Positions 40,474 to 54,899 of a stretch of 64,000 bases of DNA are shown here, in pieces. Every line of letters begins with the position of its first letter. The first letter of the stretch is position 1. Below the pieces are notes generated by a model, which worked only from the letters and a program-made list of their open reading frames with translations, made no database searches and was not told the DNA's origin. A program made the position numbers and the translations under genes. The stretch is from Octopus sinensis (lineage: Eukaryota): assembly GCF_006345805.1 (NCBI RefSeq), contig NC_043001.1, forward strand, positions 9,672,001 through 9,736,000. The letters run 5' to 3'.

Positions 40474-40850
40474 TCTCTCTCTATATAAAGCTGAAGTCGT
40501 CTGTGTGTGGCAGGTTTGGTAGCCTTCAACTAACACTATCTCCTCCGAGACCCTATGGCGCAAGTTGACCAGAATTGAGAGTATGATAGAAGAAGGCTTG
40601 CTCTTCCTTCCGTAGAAGAAAAAATTCAAATCGGACCATGTTAACACCAAAAATTATTTACATCAAAAAGGTGCTTTTTTTATACATAAATCCCTATTTT
40701 TTTACGATTTTTTGACTGCTGTGTCACCATTTTTCGGTGTATTTCACTTAAAGAGAATAACAAGCTACATAATGCAAAGTTTTTACTTTTCAAAAATTCC
40801 AATTCTAAATGGACGAAACAAACCCAAGCAACGCCGGGTGATACTGCTAG
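40474..40850 (+). mobile_element. Non-autonomous Helitron-like element
   Basis: A|TC 5' end (TCTCTCTCTATATAAAG), subterminal imperfect GC hairpin CCCAAGCAACGCCGGG, CTAG|T 3' end, no TSD. Confidence 0.7.
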
Positions 40851-41811
40851 TTATCCATAAAGTGCAGCTGTGAGTATATAGCTTAATGCATGGGTTGGGG
40901 AATGAACTCTTAGAGTTCAATTCTCTGTTTAGTCAACTTAGTGACTCACTCCTCCAAAGTTGATATAACCAGTAATACACTGGAATTGATTTTAAGACGA
41001 TAAACATTGGTTTCTACCCTTTTATCCCCAAGGAAATGGTGCCGCATCCTCAAATAGGAAATCAATATCTGCCTGATATTGGTCAGTTCCCTTTCAAGAG
41101 AGCAACGCTTCTTCTTCTCTTGATGTAATTGTGCTTTCCTATAAAGTTTGGTCTTACTTCCGATTGGCTCAGAAATACAAGGTCATATTAGTTCTTCGAT
41201 AACACTGGCCTCTGATGTTTCTACACTTCACACTTCCACATACAATGCAATACACCTATTTCTTCACATATATAATAGTAATAAAAATAATAACGATAAT
41301 AATAATAATGATAATAATAATAATATAAAAATTATAAGGAAAGAAAGATGGAGAATTAGAAAAGCAGCAAGGATGGGTGGAGAGGAAGAAAAAAAGAAAA
41401 ACAAAAACAAAACAAAAAAAAGACAGCTATATATCCATATCTAATATTGGTTAATGCTTCACTACATTTAATGTGACCATTATTCACAGAGAAACCACTT
41501 TTAGTTTCATCCTCAGAGGAGAAAAACTATGATTAGTAAAGATGATTTCAACTGAAGAAAATTTATGGAAGCTCGCTAAAGCTATGCTGCGAAAATTCAA
41601 GGTGAGCATCATCTTGGTAGCCGAAAGTAAAGTTTTGCTAATCAAAACAACAGGTCAAGTCACAGAAAATGGACCCATAATGGTTTTAGATTCATCACCA
41701 ACTACAGCATTATTTGTCAAAACTTTTATCATTATTCTTGAGTTGTGCATTCCCCCCATGGGAAGAAATTTGTGTAGATCTTATGGATTATTATAAGTAG
41801 AAGATGTATTT

Positions 41812-42363
41812 ATGTGTGTGTGTGTATCTGTCTGTCTATCTATGTATATGTGTGTGTTTGTATAGGTGTGCATGTGTATATGAATATATCAGTCTCTTTA
41901 TGTGTATATCATTTATGCATATGTGTATGTGATTCTGTGTGTGTATGTGTGTCTATGTATGTGTGTGTGTTCGTATATGTGTGCATCTGTATGTGCACAT
42001 GTATATATTTGTGTGTATATGTATATATCACTCTATATTTATGTGAATATCATTTGTGCATATGTGTAAGCGATTGTGTGTGTGTATGTGTATCTGTCTG
42101 TCTGTCTATGTATATGTATGTGTTTGTATATGTGTGCATCTCTATGTGCAAATGTATATATTTGTGTGCATGTGTATGTGTATGTGTGTATATATGTCTC
42201 TGTCTGTCTATCTATATGTGCACATGTATGTGTGTATATATATATATATATATTTGCATATGTATATATATATATTTGTATATGTGAGTGTGCCTATGTA
42301 TATTTATAAATGTATGTATACCATTTGTGTGTGAGTGTGTATCTATAGAAAGAAAGAGGGAAA

Positions 42364-42405
<42 letters not shown>
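41812..42405. repeat. Degenerate (TG/TA)n tract followed by (GA)n
   Basis: Direct reading. Confidence 0.9.
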
Positions 42406-42409
<4 letters not shown>

Positions 42410-43220
42410 ATGTAAAAGTGGTTTTATGGACAAACCTAAAAGTACTCTCCATTTTCTTCTGTAGAATCCATATATTTCTTATAATCTCGCAGATAAATAC
42501 TACTTTTCATGACTTTAAGTTCCATGCTAAATATACCATTCTTCATGTAAATGTGATTCCAATGAACATTTTTCTCCCTTAACTGTGCTTTATCTGTGGC
42601 AGTATGTTATCAGATTCTACTCTGGTTTACATACACAGAAATATCTGTAGAGGAAGATATAAGTTAGCAGAACCCCTTTGGTATATTCCAGTTGGAATAC
42701 ACTGCTTTTATCGGAATTAGTTTTGAAAATAACTAAGAATTTTGTGAAATAATTCTTTCATTATTAAGCTGATGTTTGAAGCATGAAATAACACAAAAGT
42801 TTGGTCGAAGGTTTTAATCTGGATCAGTTAAACCCTTTAGCATTCGGATTCCTCTATCAAATGTAATGTTTGTTTGTTCACAGTTCTAAATCAATCATGT
42901 GTTGTCTTGTAGCATCAAGATTTTGGCAGTTTGTTTATTTTTTAGAGTGACATTGTGGGACAGGTATGATAGGCCAGATCTGGCTGAAATGGTGAAGATG
43001 AATAGAATGTTGTTAGACATTTTGTCTAGCATGCTAATGATTCTCACCATTCACCACCTTTTATATCACCAGACATCCTCGGCCATCTATCACCAGATAT
43101 CATCTGTCACCAAGTATATAATACAAAGAAATGTGCATATTTTAAATATTTTATATGGTCCATAACCAATGAGTTACATACACCCCACTATCACACCATG
43201 GTTTATTACTATATAATATC

Positions 43221-43251
<31 letters not shown>

Positions 43252-43259
43252 ATGTATAT

Positions 43260-43626
43260 GAGGCACAATGGCCCAGTGGTTAGGGCAGCGGACACACAGT
43301 TGTAGGGTCATGGTTTCGATTCCCAGACCGGGTGTTGCGGGTGTTTATTGAGCAAAAACTCCTAAAGCTCCACAAGGATCCTGCAGGGGTGGTGGCGAAC
43401 CCTGCTGTACTCTTTCACCACAACTTTTTTCCTGTTTCTATTGTACCTGTATTTCAAAGGGGCCAGCCTTGTCACACTCTGTGTCACACTGAATCTCCCT
43501 GAGAACTACGTTAAGTTTACACGTGTCTGTGGAGTGCTCAGCCACTTGCACGTTAATTTCGCGAGCAGGCTGTTCCATTGATCGGATCTACTGGATCCCT
43601 CGTTGTCATAACCAATGGAGTGCCAC
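43260..43626 (+). mobile_element. SINE family C relative
   Basis: TGGCCCAGTGGTTAGG A-box, GGTTTCGATTCCC B-box, 3' half matches 4530-4713. Confidence 0.85.
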
Positions 43627-45364
43627 GGTATATGTATGTACATACATATGCATGCTTGTATGTACGTATGTATTTATCATCATCATCATCATTATGTTTG
43701 TATGTATGCATATTTGGTTACACATGACTGCAGATTATTTCTGATTAATCACAATGCTACAGGTGCCTGAATATAATTTAGAAGTTTAACAAAAACTTTT
43801 TTTAAGAATCCTTCAAATTGAAACTAATTTTGAAAATTTACATCTGTATAGATTAACTCAATGAATTGTATACCACCACCACCACCCTTTATACACACAC
43901 ACACACAGCTTGAAACAGTTGGCTTCTCACAATGTGTGTCATTTATTACAAGCCAAAAGAGACAATATGGCAACTGAACACGTGATGGTAGTTGTTAAGA
44001 ACCTGGTCACACCTGGTTGACTAGACTTTGATGAAAGACACTCCAGTTATGCCCATATCCTCTTTTTGTAAATACAGAACCATATCAACCATTGTTTTCT
44101 TTTTCTTCTGTATTAGACAGTAGGATATAATGTAAGGAAAATTAGACTGCTATTTCTAGGAGCTTGGGCCACCGTATGGAAAGTCCCTCATTAATTTGAT
44201 GTGAATGTTTTGGTTTTAACTATTTAATTTGTTAGTAACTGTAAAATGAATGGATGGGAGTGCTGGACACCCTGTTCGAAAATACAAGGACACAGATATT
44301 GTGTCGTATAGCCAGCTGGAAATGATGTTTCCTGGGGTTAAACAACTTTACGTTTTATATATTTTGGGGTGGGAATGTGGAAATAACGGACCTGTCTACT
44401 TTTGGGGTTGATTCTTCTTCTTCCCCCTCTCTTTCTTCGTCAGAAACAGTGGCTGGGGTCAAGAGTTCTCAAGCACATTAGACAGCAAGTTGATGCCACT
44501 GGTTTCTGATGTCTACTATAGCCCTGTGTGTGTGTGTGTATGTGTGTGTGTCTCCCCCAACCAATGTTGGTGAGTTTACATCAGCAAAAAGAGATATATA
44601 GAATAAGTGCCAAGCTTTAGAAAAAATAAGTACAGACGTTGATTCATTCAAATAAAATTCCTCAAGGCAATGCCCCAGCATGGCCACAGTCTAATGACTG
44701 AAACAAGTACAAGATAAGAGATACACCGGAATGAGATTCTGCAACAGGTAAACAGGAAACAGGTGGGTAACTGGTTTAGCTGTAATCATTAAGATTTTTT
44801 AAAGTATTATGTAGGTAAAAATTAATTGCAATTAAAAAATAATTAGCGAATTACAGATGTTGCTCACAAGGCAGTTATCTTCATCCTTGATCTCAGGTAT
44901 ATTAAATGAGGGTTTACTTGGAGCTGAAGAACAACAGCAGCAGCCATTTTGGTTAGGAAAGTAGTCATAGCAACAGTTATCAGTTTTTTTGAACAAAAGA
45001 ACAAAAAGCAAAACCCGTCAAAATATGGTTTGTAGGAATTTGTGTGAATCGCTCTGAGTGTGGAGTGGCTGGAGTATGTTATTGTTGATGGAGCAGCCAG
45101 GAAATTGTATTGCATTGAAGGGTTCTAGACTGTTCTTTTGGAGAGCTTATTAAAAAAGATCTTTGGTTCCTGTTGTTGCTTGGTAGTAGGTGGTGGCGGG
45201 AAAGGAGAGGAGAGGAGAGAAAGATTTAATGGGAGACATTGAGAGATAGCCAGAGGGAGAGACACAGATTGGCAGGAGAGAGAGAGAGAAGGAAAAAGAG
45301 AAGAGAGGAGACACAGACTAGCAGAGGAAGGTGAGAAAAAGAGGGATATACATATGTATGTATG

Positions 45365-45398
<34 letters not shown>

Positions 45399-46043
45399 AG
45401 TCTGTGTGTGTGTATATATATATATGTGTGTGTGTGTGTATGTATATATGTGTGTGTGTGTATATATGTGTGTGTATGTATATATGTGTGTGTGTATGTA
45501 TATATGTGTGTGTGTGTGTATATATATGTATATATATATGTGTGTGTGTGCATGTATACAGTTGGAGAGAGATGATGTTTTGTTGATTAGATGGAGTTAT
45601 TCAACCCGTTAGCATTTAAACTGACCATATCTGACCCAAATGTTCTACCTATTTTAGGGTGGAGCCAGCCAAATCCAACTTATCACACTTGTCCTTCAAT
45701 GTCATCCTAAAATATATACAATCACATCAAAATTTCATATCTACAAGAAAATGCAGGATTAACTCAACACAATGTGAATAAAAAAGCATTACATTTGAGA
45801 AAATTAATTTTGAATTTCTTTTTGATCAGCATGTAAGTACAAAGGAGCCTCTACAGGGTTGCTCAACCTGCTAGAAATAGCGACCAAATCTCCCTCACAT
45901 CACACTGTTACAGTCTTTAAAAAGGGAAGGACACATAAAATACTGTTACTTGGGATATTTCATAGTTTAACAAAAAAGAGAATGGTGAGTCCTGAGATAT
46001 GTTTCTATAGAAGAAAGAAAAAATGAATGTCATTCCTTTACAA

Positions 46044-46555
46044 CAGAGGTTCTCAAACTTTTTGGGCCACTGTCCACCTCATGGTCACATAATACCCTTA
46101 GCACCCATTTTTATGTATAGATAAATATTTCATATTTTACTAATTTATATATACAATGAATCATTTGATATTTAATATAATATTATATAATTTGTATACA
46201 ATACTATAATATTATAATTTATTTCTTTATTGCCCACAGTGGGGCTAAACGCAGAGGTGATAAACAAGGACAGACAAAGGGATTAAGTCGATAACATCAA
46301 TTCCAGTGCATAACTGGTATTTATTTAATCGACCTCGAAACGATGAAATGCAAAGTTGACCTCGGCGTAATTTGAACTCAGAATGTAACGGCAGATGAAA
46401 TGCCACTAGGCACTTTGCCCGGCGTAGCATCCCCCAGTCCACTGCCTTCCTCCCAATGCCTCCTTTTTCTCTACTACCCCATTTAGGCACTAGCGCCCAC
46501 CTGGACTGTCTCAACACCCACCAGGGGGTAGTAGCACCCACTTTGAGAACCTATG
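46044..46555. mobile_element. hAT-type non-autonomous DNA transposon with a nested SINE B (~46220-46428)
   Basis: TIRs CAGAGGTTCTCAAAC / CTTTGAGAACCTATG; perfect 8-bp TSD CTTTACAA at 46036-46043 and 46556-46563. Confidence 0.85.
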
Positions 46556-48121
46556 CTTTACAACAATCACGCATGTTTATATACGGTAGGCTTCTTTCAG
46601 TATCCATCTGCCAAATCCACCCACAAAGCTTTGGTCGGTCTGGGATTATAGTAGAAGACACTTGCCCAAGGCGCCACACTGTGGGACTGAACCCGGAACC
46701 ATATGGTTGGGAAGCAAACTTCTTACCAAACAGCTCTGCGTTGATGGATTCTTATGAGCATTTTAGGAAGTCTTTGGTTTGGTAAATTCTAATCCAAAGT
46801 TCATTTCCTGCATCTCCTTAATTTACTCATTATCTTCTTCACGCTTTGGCAGTTTCCGTTAACCAAAATGTATCTAAGCCAAATATTTGCTGCCGTTCAT
46901 ACATGAAGCTTCATTTCCAACATCACACCTGCTTGACAAGCACAAAGTTATATTTTATGCATTAAATCCAAAAGCATTTTTAAGATAATGCAACAATGTG
47001 TTATTTCAAAGTTATGAACTGTCTCTTGCAATGAATAACAAAATAGGAAGAAGAAAAAAAGCTAACAAAAAATACAAAAAATTTTAAAAATTACAAAAAC
47101 CATTTTTTTTTTTTTTTAACAAATGTAGGATTTTCCTCAGACATTTCTTCCTTGTCAAAATTATTTTCTGAAGTCAGTCCATAGCTTGACTACAATCTTT
47201 ATTTGTGATAAATTTTATATATTCTATATTTTCCTTTTTGACAAGCCATTTTTTATATAGCGTTGCAAATGGAAGGTGTGAAGGGGAAGAGAAAGAAACT
47301 CGCAATATATGGTATTATCGAGTTCATATTTTATAGGCTTCTGTTATACACATAGCCATCATATTTTCCTTCTTTCTCAAGTGTCATTTCAAGAAGAACT
47401 AAATAAAATAAATAAACTTGAAACAAAAATAAAGCATTACAGTAAAACTTATCAAAACTATATCAAATTCTTTACATTATAAAAACTATTTGAAGTTGGT
47501 AGGTCTTTCTTTTTCCTCGCTGTTTAAATTATTCAAAACACTTTATATTTTCAAGAACAAAAAACTCTTTGTCAAGGCAAATATTCTATTATACTTGTCT
47601 TAAGAATTTTGTTATTCAATTTCAGTTTTGGCTTGAAAATTAAAACAATGAGAGCGATGGCGTTCTCTGTTTTCCTTCAAAAATTCTAACTCTTGGAACA
47701 AAATAGACCCTAGGGGTGGATAACTTTATAGATTTGTATTTTTGCTCTCTAGCAGCAAAGGAAGTAATAGTAGCCTGTCCCCTTGTTGTTAGGTGTTATC
47801 ATAAGATGGCTAGAAATAGTGCTTATTGCTTGATTATAATCACTCGAAACTCTGCCATTTGTTTCTTCTTAGAATGTTCGTTTTGATTTGTAATTTGATA
47901 AACAACTTCTGTTGGTTAAAGTCTAGCAGTTAACTTAGTGCTTTATATTGTCTGTCTCTCTGCGAGCACATACATACACATACATATATACACATACACA
48001 CAAACACACATATGTACACATACACACATACATATACACACATGCACATATACATATATACACTCATGTATACATATACAAGAAATATATATATATTTAT
48101 ATATATATGCATATATTATAT

Positions 48122-48166
<45 letters not shown>

Positions 48167-48361
48167 CATATAGTGTGTGTGTGAATATGCACATTAATTT
48201 TTTCTCAATAATGAAAACAATTATTTGTAATTCAATTTTTATTTTTCTCTTTCTAACCACTTAAAAGCAGATTTTTTTATTTTTTATTCTCAATGTAAGA
48301 ACTACTTCTATTTCAATCTGTTTGCTTCAAAATTAGTAACCTCCACTCCATTATAACAATG

Positions 48362-48429
<68 letters not shown>

Positions 48430-49704
48430 GAGGAGCAGCAGTAAGAAGAGGTAGCTTGATGATGTACTTTTATTTAAAATTATACTGTTATTGATACAAA
48501 TATTGTGGATTAAAGAACACAAAAAATATATAAATATAAATAAATAATTCATAATTTAGTTAGCTTTAGAATTTAATTTTTCAATTTCTAAAATTTTATT
48601 TCTTTTTCATTTTTGTAATCATTATTATTATCATTATTATCATTATTATTATTATGAAGTATTTATATTTGTTTGAATAATCATTTATTTTTGGATGTTG
48701 TTTATCAATTTTCATTATATTGTTGGATGTTAATCAAAGCCAGTAAGGAAGTTTTGTTGCAAGAAAAAAAAAAGGAGAGGGGGGGATTTAAAAAGAAGAT
48801 TTTTACCATGGGAAAACCTAAAAAAAAAATAAAATAAAATAGAATAAAATAAAATAAAATAAAATAAAAACGTGTAGTTATTTACACCGAGGCAAAGTAG
48901 CAGAGTTTATTTAAGACTGATTCTGTGATGTCGTCTTTTGTTTACAATGTCCAGTTCTCATTTTTGAACTAGAAAAATCTGACTTGTTTACTACTAAAGA
49001 ACTACTGCTATGATTGTCTTCAAAAACATGGTTCCACAAAAACACATGCATTTGCAGACATACGGTGCATTGTGGATTTCTTGAAACCAGTGAGAACAAG
49101 ATGAAGAACATATATGCTGGTTCTTTGTTATTTAGTAAAAAACTCTCTCTCTCTCTCTCTCTCTCTCACTCACTCGCTCGCTCTAACTAGTATCAGATAA
49201 TAATGCTGTTTATCTATATAAGTCTGTTACTAATGATTCCACTACCATCCCCAACGCTTCTGCCACTGCTACTTTCACTCTCTACGACCAAATATCAAAA
49301 GCTGTTTCTCTCTTTCTTTCTTTTCCTTCTTCGTGGTTATTTTTATAAAGAAAATTTAACCTAGTTTTTTCAATTATAACAAATGCTATTTCTTAAGCAG
49401 ACTTCATAAAAATTTATGCTGCTCTCTTTCTTAATTTTTCAGATTTTTTTTACGTAATAAATTTCAGATTGTTTTTACGTAATAAATTTCTAAGTTGCAA
49501 GATTTAGAAAGTCAAATTCATAGAGTAAATAACTAGGAAGTTGCAATACACAGATATTGTTTTGAGCTGAGTTCAAAAATATAAGGACACAGATCATGTC
49601 ATATAGCCAGCTGGAGATGATGTCTCCTGGGGCTAAATTACAGCAACATTAGTCCTACACTAGGACTGCCATCTTTACTCCAAATTACTGTTGCTGAATA
49701 TCTC

Positions 49705-50002
49705 TCGTCATCATCATCATCATTTAATGTCCGCTTTCCATGCTAGCATGGGTTGGACGATTTGACTGAGGACTGGTGAACCAGATGGCTGCACCAGCCT
49801 GCAATCTTGATCTGGCAGAGTTTCTTCAGCTGGATGCCCTTCCTAACGCAAACCACTCCGAGAGTGTAGTGGGTGCTTTTACGTCCCACTGACACGAGGG
49901 CCAGTTTGGTGGTACTGGCAACAGCCACGCCCAAATGGTGCCTTTTATGTGCCACCTGCACAGGAGCCAGTCCAGCGACACTGGCGACGACATCGCTCGA
50001 AT
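49705..50002 (-). mobile_element. Retroposon family D with a (GAT)n tail (RTE-related, tentative)
   Basis: Minus strand ...GCGTTAGGAAGGGCATCCAGCTG...CCAACCCATGCTAGCATGGAAAGCGGACATTAAATGATGATG; further copies at 52626, 56333, 60512 and 61966. Confidence 0.75.
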
Positions 50003-50520
50003 GTTCACAAGTGCTAGTAAGGAGATTTAAAACTAGTAATTCTCAAATTCATAGCTCAAAGAATTTTATCTTTTACTTGTTGGACTGTGGCCATGCTGGG
50101 GTACCACTGAATTAGGTTTTAGGGGAAAAAATCAATCCCAGTACTTAGGTTTTGTTTATTTCTTTTTTTTAATGTTTAAATACTTATTTCATGGGTCTTA
50201 TTTGCTAAACTGCTAAGTTACATGGACATAAACAAACCAATATTGGTTATCAAGTAGTGATATGGCAGATGAGGTAAAACGCATACACATCACCCCCCCT
50301 ATATGTGTGTGTGTACATATGCACACACACACAGTGAGCTTCCACACAGTTTGCATTGACCAGATTCACTCCCAAGGCATTGGTCAACTGGAACTTTCTA
50401 GTAGAAGACACTGGCCCAAGATGCCATGCAGTGAGACTGAACCCAGAACCACACGGTCACAAAGCAAGCTTCTCAACCACACAGCCATGCTTGTACCGAT
50501 AACTTGCACAAGTCTTTATT

Positions 50521-50929
50521 TTACTCTTTACTCTCTTTTACTCTTTTACTTGTTTCAGTCATTTGACTGCGGCCGTGCTGGAGCACCGCCTTTTTTAATC
50601 GAGCAACTCGACCCCGGGCTTATTCTTTTGTAAGCCCAGTACTTATTCTATCGGTCTCTTTTGCCGAACCGCTAAGTAACGGGGACATAAACACACCAGC
50701 AATGCTAGGGAACAAACACAGACACACAAACACACACACGCATATATATATATATACATTTATACGACAGGCTTCTTTCAGTTTCCGTCTACCAAATCCA
50801 CTCACAAGGCTTTGGTCGGCCCGAGGCTATAGTAGAAGACACTTGCCCGAGGTGCCACGCAGTGGGACTGAACCCGGAACCATGTGGTTGGTAAACAAGC
50901 TACTTACCACACAGCCACTCCTACGCCTA
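50521..50929 (-). mobile_element. SINE family A, young copy
   Basis: Near-consensus, CpGs retained. Confidence 0.9.
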
Positions 50930-51500
50930 TTTTGTTTGTTTTTTGTTTCTTTTTTGTTTCTTTTTTTCAATGGGCGTAGAGTGGGAGGAGTGTGTGTTGA
51001 AGGGCAAAAACAATAACAACAACAACAGCAACATCAGCAATAAAACCAGCAACAATAAGCATTACCTTTATTTAGTATATATATTTTTTAATTTTATTTT
51101 CAATTAGATGCTGACCTCCGCTAGGCTCTAGATTTGATAAATAAACCATTTAAACAGGAAAAACAAATGGAAAAAAGCCATTGTTAAATAGAATTTTCTT
51201 TTACTTCATCATTTTTCTTTCTTCTTCTTCTTCTTCTTCCAAATATAGCACTAAAATGAATTGTGATAGCCATCTCTTGTCGTTTGGCCAAATTATTTTC
51301 TTCTTCTCACCTCAAGCCACCGATAAAAGTGCGAAGGACATTTCCTTATCCCTGGTTAATCTGCTGCCTCTTCGCTCCTTTAAGATTATTATTAAAACAT
51401 ATTTACTAAATCACTCGTAACTCCTTCACTATATTGTTGGCACAGGATGGAGGTTTCTGTAATATATTTGTTGTTATTATTATTATCAATATTATTATCA

Positions 51501-51547
<47 letters not shown>

Positions 51548-51901
51548 GTTATTATTATTGTTATTATTATTATGGTTGTTATTAAGCCCCAGGTCAAGTC
51601 TGATTAAACAAATCTATGTTCAGATGTGTTATTACCCAGACCTCTCCTGTCCCCATACATCTCACTCCCATATACAACCTACACATAAAAATATATATAT
51701 TTACATACACACACACACACATATATATACACACACACACACTTATATTCACATACACACATACACACACATGCAGCTATATATTCACATATATACATAT
51801 ACACACACATATATATATATACTCGTACTCAGATATATATATATATATATTCACACTCACACACACACATATATTCACATGCACACACACAGCCATATAT
51901 T

Positions 51902-51934
<33 letters not shown>

Positions 51935-52760
51935 ATGTATATAAATATATATATACTCATACACAGATATATATATATCTATTCACACACACACACATAT
52001 ATATATACATACCCATAAACAGATATATATATTCACATACATACGCACACACAAACTAACACAGACATTCACACATTCACACAGCCTGTATTGTCTGTGG
52101 TTTTTATTCTTTTTATCATTTTTTAAGACAATAAGGTGTGATTTGAGAGAGGTTTGGCACCCATTTCTAAAGGTCAAGAAAAGAAGCTCCTTCGCTGATT
52201 TTTGTCAAATGATGTTATTTCTTACAGGTAGAAAATTAAATTGCCAGGGAATGAGTTGAGACATCAGTGGTTATTTTGCCAATAAATATATTGCAAGGAA
52301 GCAAAATGATTTTCTTTATAAAATATAATCAAGTTTCAGATTTATAAAAGATAAGAAATGAGAAATTAATTGAAATTGTTCCAATGTGGAACCAAAAGCA
52401 GTTTGAAGGTATGGACTTATGATCACGATACATTACAAAATAGCTTCTAGGAGAGGCATAAGGCCTGAATTAATTGAAATTGTTGACCTCAGTATTTAAC
52501 TGGTACCCTATCTTATCAACCCCAAAAGGATAAAATGCAAAGTTAGCCATGACAAGATTAGAACCTGGAACATAAATGACCATAATCTTAAGGATGACAA
52601 TGGTTAAATAAATATATACACCGGATTAGGCTGGAGCCTGGTGCAGCCATCTGGCTCACCAGTCCTCAGTCAAACCGTCCAACCCATGCCAGCATGGAAA
52701 GCAGACGTTAAACGATGATGGTGATGATGATGACCTCTTAGCTCCTGACATTTTATGGGA

Positions 52761-52990
52761 TAGGGTTGGCCAAAGATCACCTGACAGTAAATCAAAACCA
52801 TTTCTTTCCAAGATTTCTTCATGTTTAACAACTCAATGAATTTAATAAAAGCATCTAAATATGAAACATCATGGAAAATGTTCAAACTGAAGTCCTTGAG
52901 CAACATATTTTTCCATGCGAGTCAATACAGAATTACAGATAGCGTTTATGGAGTTTTGATTTACTGTTGGGAGATTTTTGGCCAACGACG
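52761..52990 (-). mobile_element. Internally deleted Tc1/mariner-superfamily element retaining a transposase-like C-terminal tail
   Basis: ~37-bp TIRs (AGGGTTGGCCAAAGATCACCTGACAGTAAATCAAAA); minus 52946-52869 reads NAICNSVLTRMEKYVAQGLQFEHFP*, resembling the ..R...C....G.HFEH ending of mariner-like transposases. Confidence 0.65.
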
Positions 52991-53161
52991 AGATGCCAGA
53001 GTAGATTTCCGCCCCGACATCCAAAACTCGGAGTTTTATTACGGCTACCGAATAATTGTCACATATTATACTGCAGATAAATTCCTCTATTTAATAATAT
53101 CGAAGTCTCATTCTCTCTTTCGTTGTCATACTATCACTATTAATATATATACACACACATG

Positions 53162-53206
<45 letters not shown>

Positions 53207-53302
53207 TACTGCATACACTTTATATGCACTTTCTGACAAGTTGTGGTGCACCTGAGCACTGTATACAAAAATTCCATTATATATATATGTATACATATAT
53301 AT

Positions 53303-53403
53303 AGGTGCAAGAGTGGCTGTGTTGTAAGTAGCTTGCTAACCAACCACATGGCTCCGGGTTCAGTCCCACTGCATGGCACAATAGAAACTGAAGGAAGCCC
53401 ATC

Positions 53404-53443
<40 letters not shown>

Positions 53444-53650
53444 ATATTTGTGTGTCTGTGTTTGTCCCCCCAACATCGCTCGACAACCAATGCTGGTGTG
53501 TTTACTTCCCCGTAACCTAGTGGTTCAGCAAAAGAGACCAATAGAATAAGTACCAGGCTTACAAAGAATAAGTCTTGGGGGTCGATTTACTCGACGAAAG
53601 GCGGTGCTCCAGCATGGCCACAGTCAAAATGACTGAAACAAATAAAAGAA
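53303..53650 (+). mobile_element. SINE family A with internal deletion
   Basis: Head, (TA)n and tail present; part of the body missing. Confidence 0.85.
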
Positions 53651-53708
53651 TATACATATTATTTATTACTATTATTTAACTGAATGCCATGCATCCATTT
53701 CCCAGTAA

Positions 53709-53744
<36 letters not shown>

Positions 53745-54201
53745 AAAACGGACGCTAAATGACGATGATGATATATATACATATATATATATAAATATGT
53801 GTGTGTGTATTGTAAAGTTCACTCTCAGTTTGAAGTCCAAAATGTCTAGCAGTAGACCACACACTTCGTTTGTTTCTCTTCACATGAAATTTATTCCATT
53901 CTTTGAACTTTCATGTTTTTATTTTGCCTCTACAGACTATCGTGTGTTTAGTCAGTTTGCTTAGCTGTGGCATTCAGAAGTTGTCTTCCCAACAACATGG
54001 TTCCAGGTTCAGTCCCACTTCACGGCACCTTGAGCAAATGTTTTCTACTATAGCCTTGGGCCAACCAATGCCTTGTGAGATTTGGTAGACAGAAACTGAA
54101 AGAAGCCTGTCATATATATATATATATATATATATTCACCGGGATAGATCGCTAACCACTAAACCATTTTCTATTTTCTCTCCTTGCTTATTTCTGTGTT
54201 C

Positions 54202-54237
54202 CTCTCTGTTGAAGAGCATAGGCTCGAAACGTAAAAG
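54202..54237 (+). ncRNA. Hammerhead-like motif with CUGUUGA core in a TA-flanked cassette (54136-54325)
   Basis: CUCU-CUGUUGA-A-GAGC-auag-GCUC-GAAAC-GU-A-AAAG. Confidence 0.55.
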
Positions 54238-54320
54238 ACTTTCTCATTTCCCGAGCGTTAAACTAATACACCTGCTCGTTGTTTACGCACCCTTCTTCGT
54301 CTTTTGTTTTTTGTTAATTC

Positions 54321-54367
<47 letters not shown>

Positions 54368-54510
54368 CTTCCTTCCTGAGCATCCAATAATACTATATTT
54401 GTTCCACGTCCTCGCGTTGTTGTGTTTTCTCTTTGTGTTTTCATGTTTGGATTAACTTTATATATATATATATGTATGTATATGTATGTATGTATGTGTG
54501 TGTGTATATG

Positions 54511-54585
54511 TTTGAAACTGTGACCTGTTCACTGACAAAAGGATGCAGCATGGAATTTTGTCAATGAACAGGTCACAGTTTCAAA
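54511..54585. repeat. Hairpin with a 30-bp stem (1 mismatch) and a 15-nt loop
   Basis: TTTGAAACTGTGACCTGTTCACTGACAAAA / TTTTGTCAATGAACAGGTCACAGTTTCAAA. Confidence 0.9.
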
Positions 54586-54899
54586 ACAGCAAAAATTTTT
54601 TGATACAAATTATGTTTAAATGTTGAAGTGAATGGAACGGTTTTTGTGTGTGTTTCTTAAACGGCTTCTAAACACCTTCCACTCTGCAATAGTAAAGATG
54701 TTATTTCTAGAGAAGCAGGAATCTAACCTAGTTCGGATGTGCATTTACAGAGGGAGAATGATTTTGTTGATAAGTATATTTAGCTTTTTGTAGAGATGAT
54801 GAAATGAGGGTCACAAAGGTCGTGTCACACAGACACCCACACACACCAGGCATTCCATTGAGTAACTTTTCTCTGTCTGCTTGTCTGTCTGACTCTACA

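Noticed and set aside
41542-41607. Possible exon MISTEENLWKLAKAMLRKFK ending at AAG|GTGAGC
   Set aside because: All three frames from the nearest plausible acceptor (~41517) hit stops, and no homology is recognisable.
42825-43010. AACCCTTTAGCATT-type ends, with similar ends at ~45600 and ~63812, suggesting a piggyBac-like MITE
   Set aside because: A dispersed repeat is likely, but I could not establish paired TIRs and TTAA TSDs.
52821-53255. 144-aa plus-strand ORF
   Set aside because: Runs antisense through a mariner-type MITE into a microsatellite.
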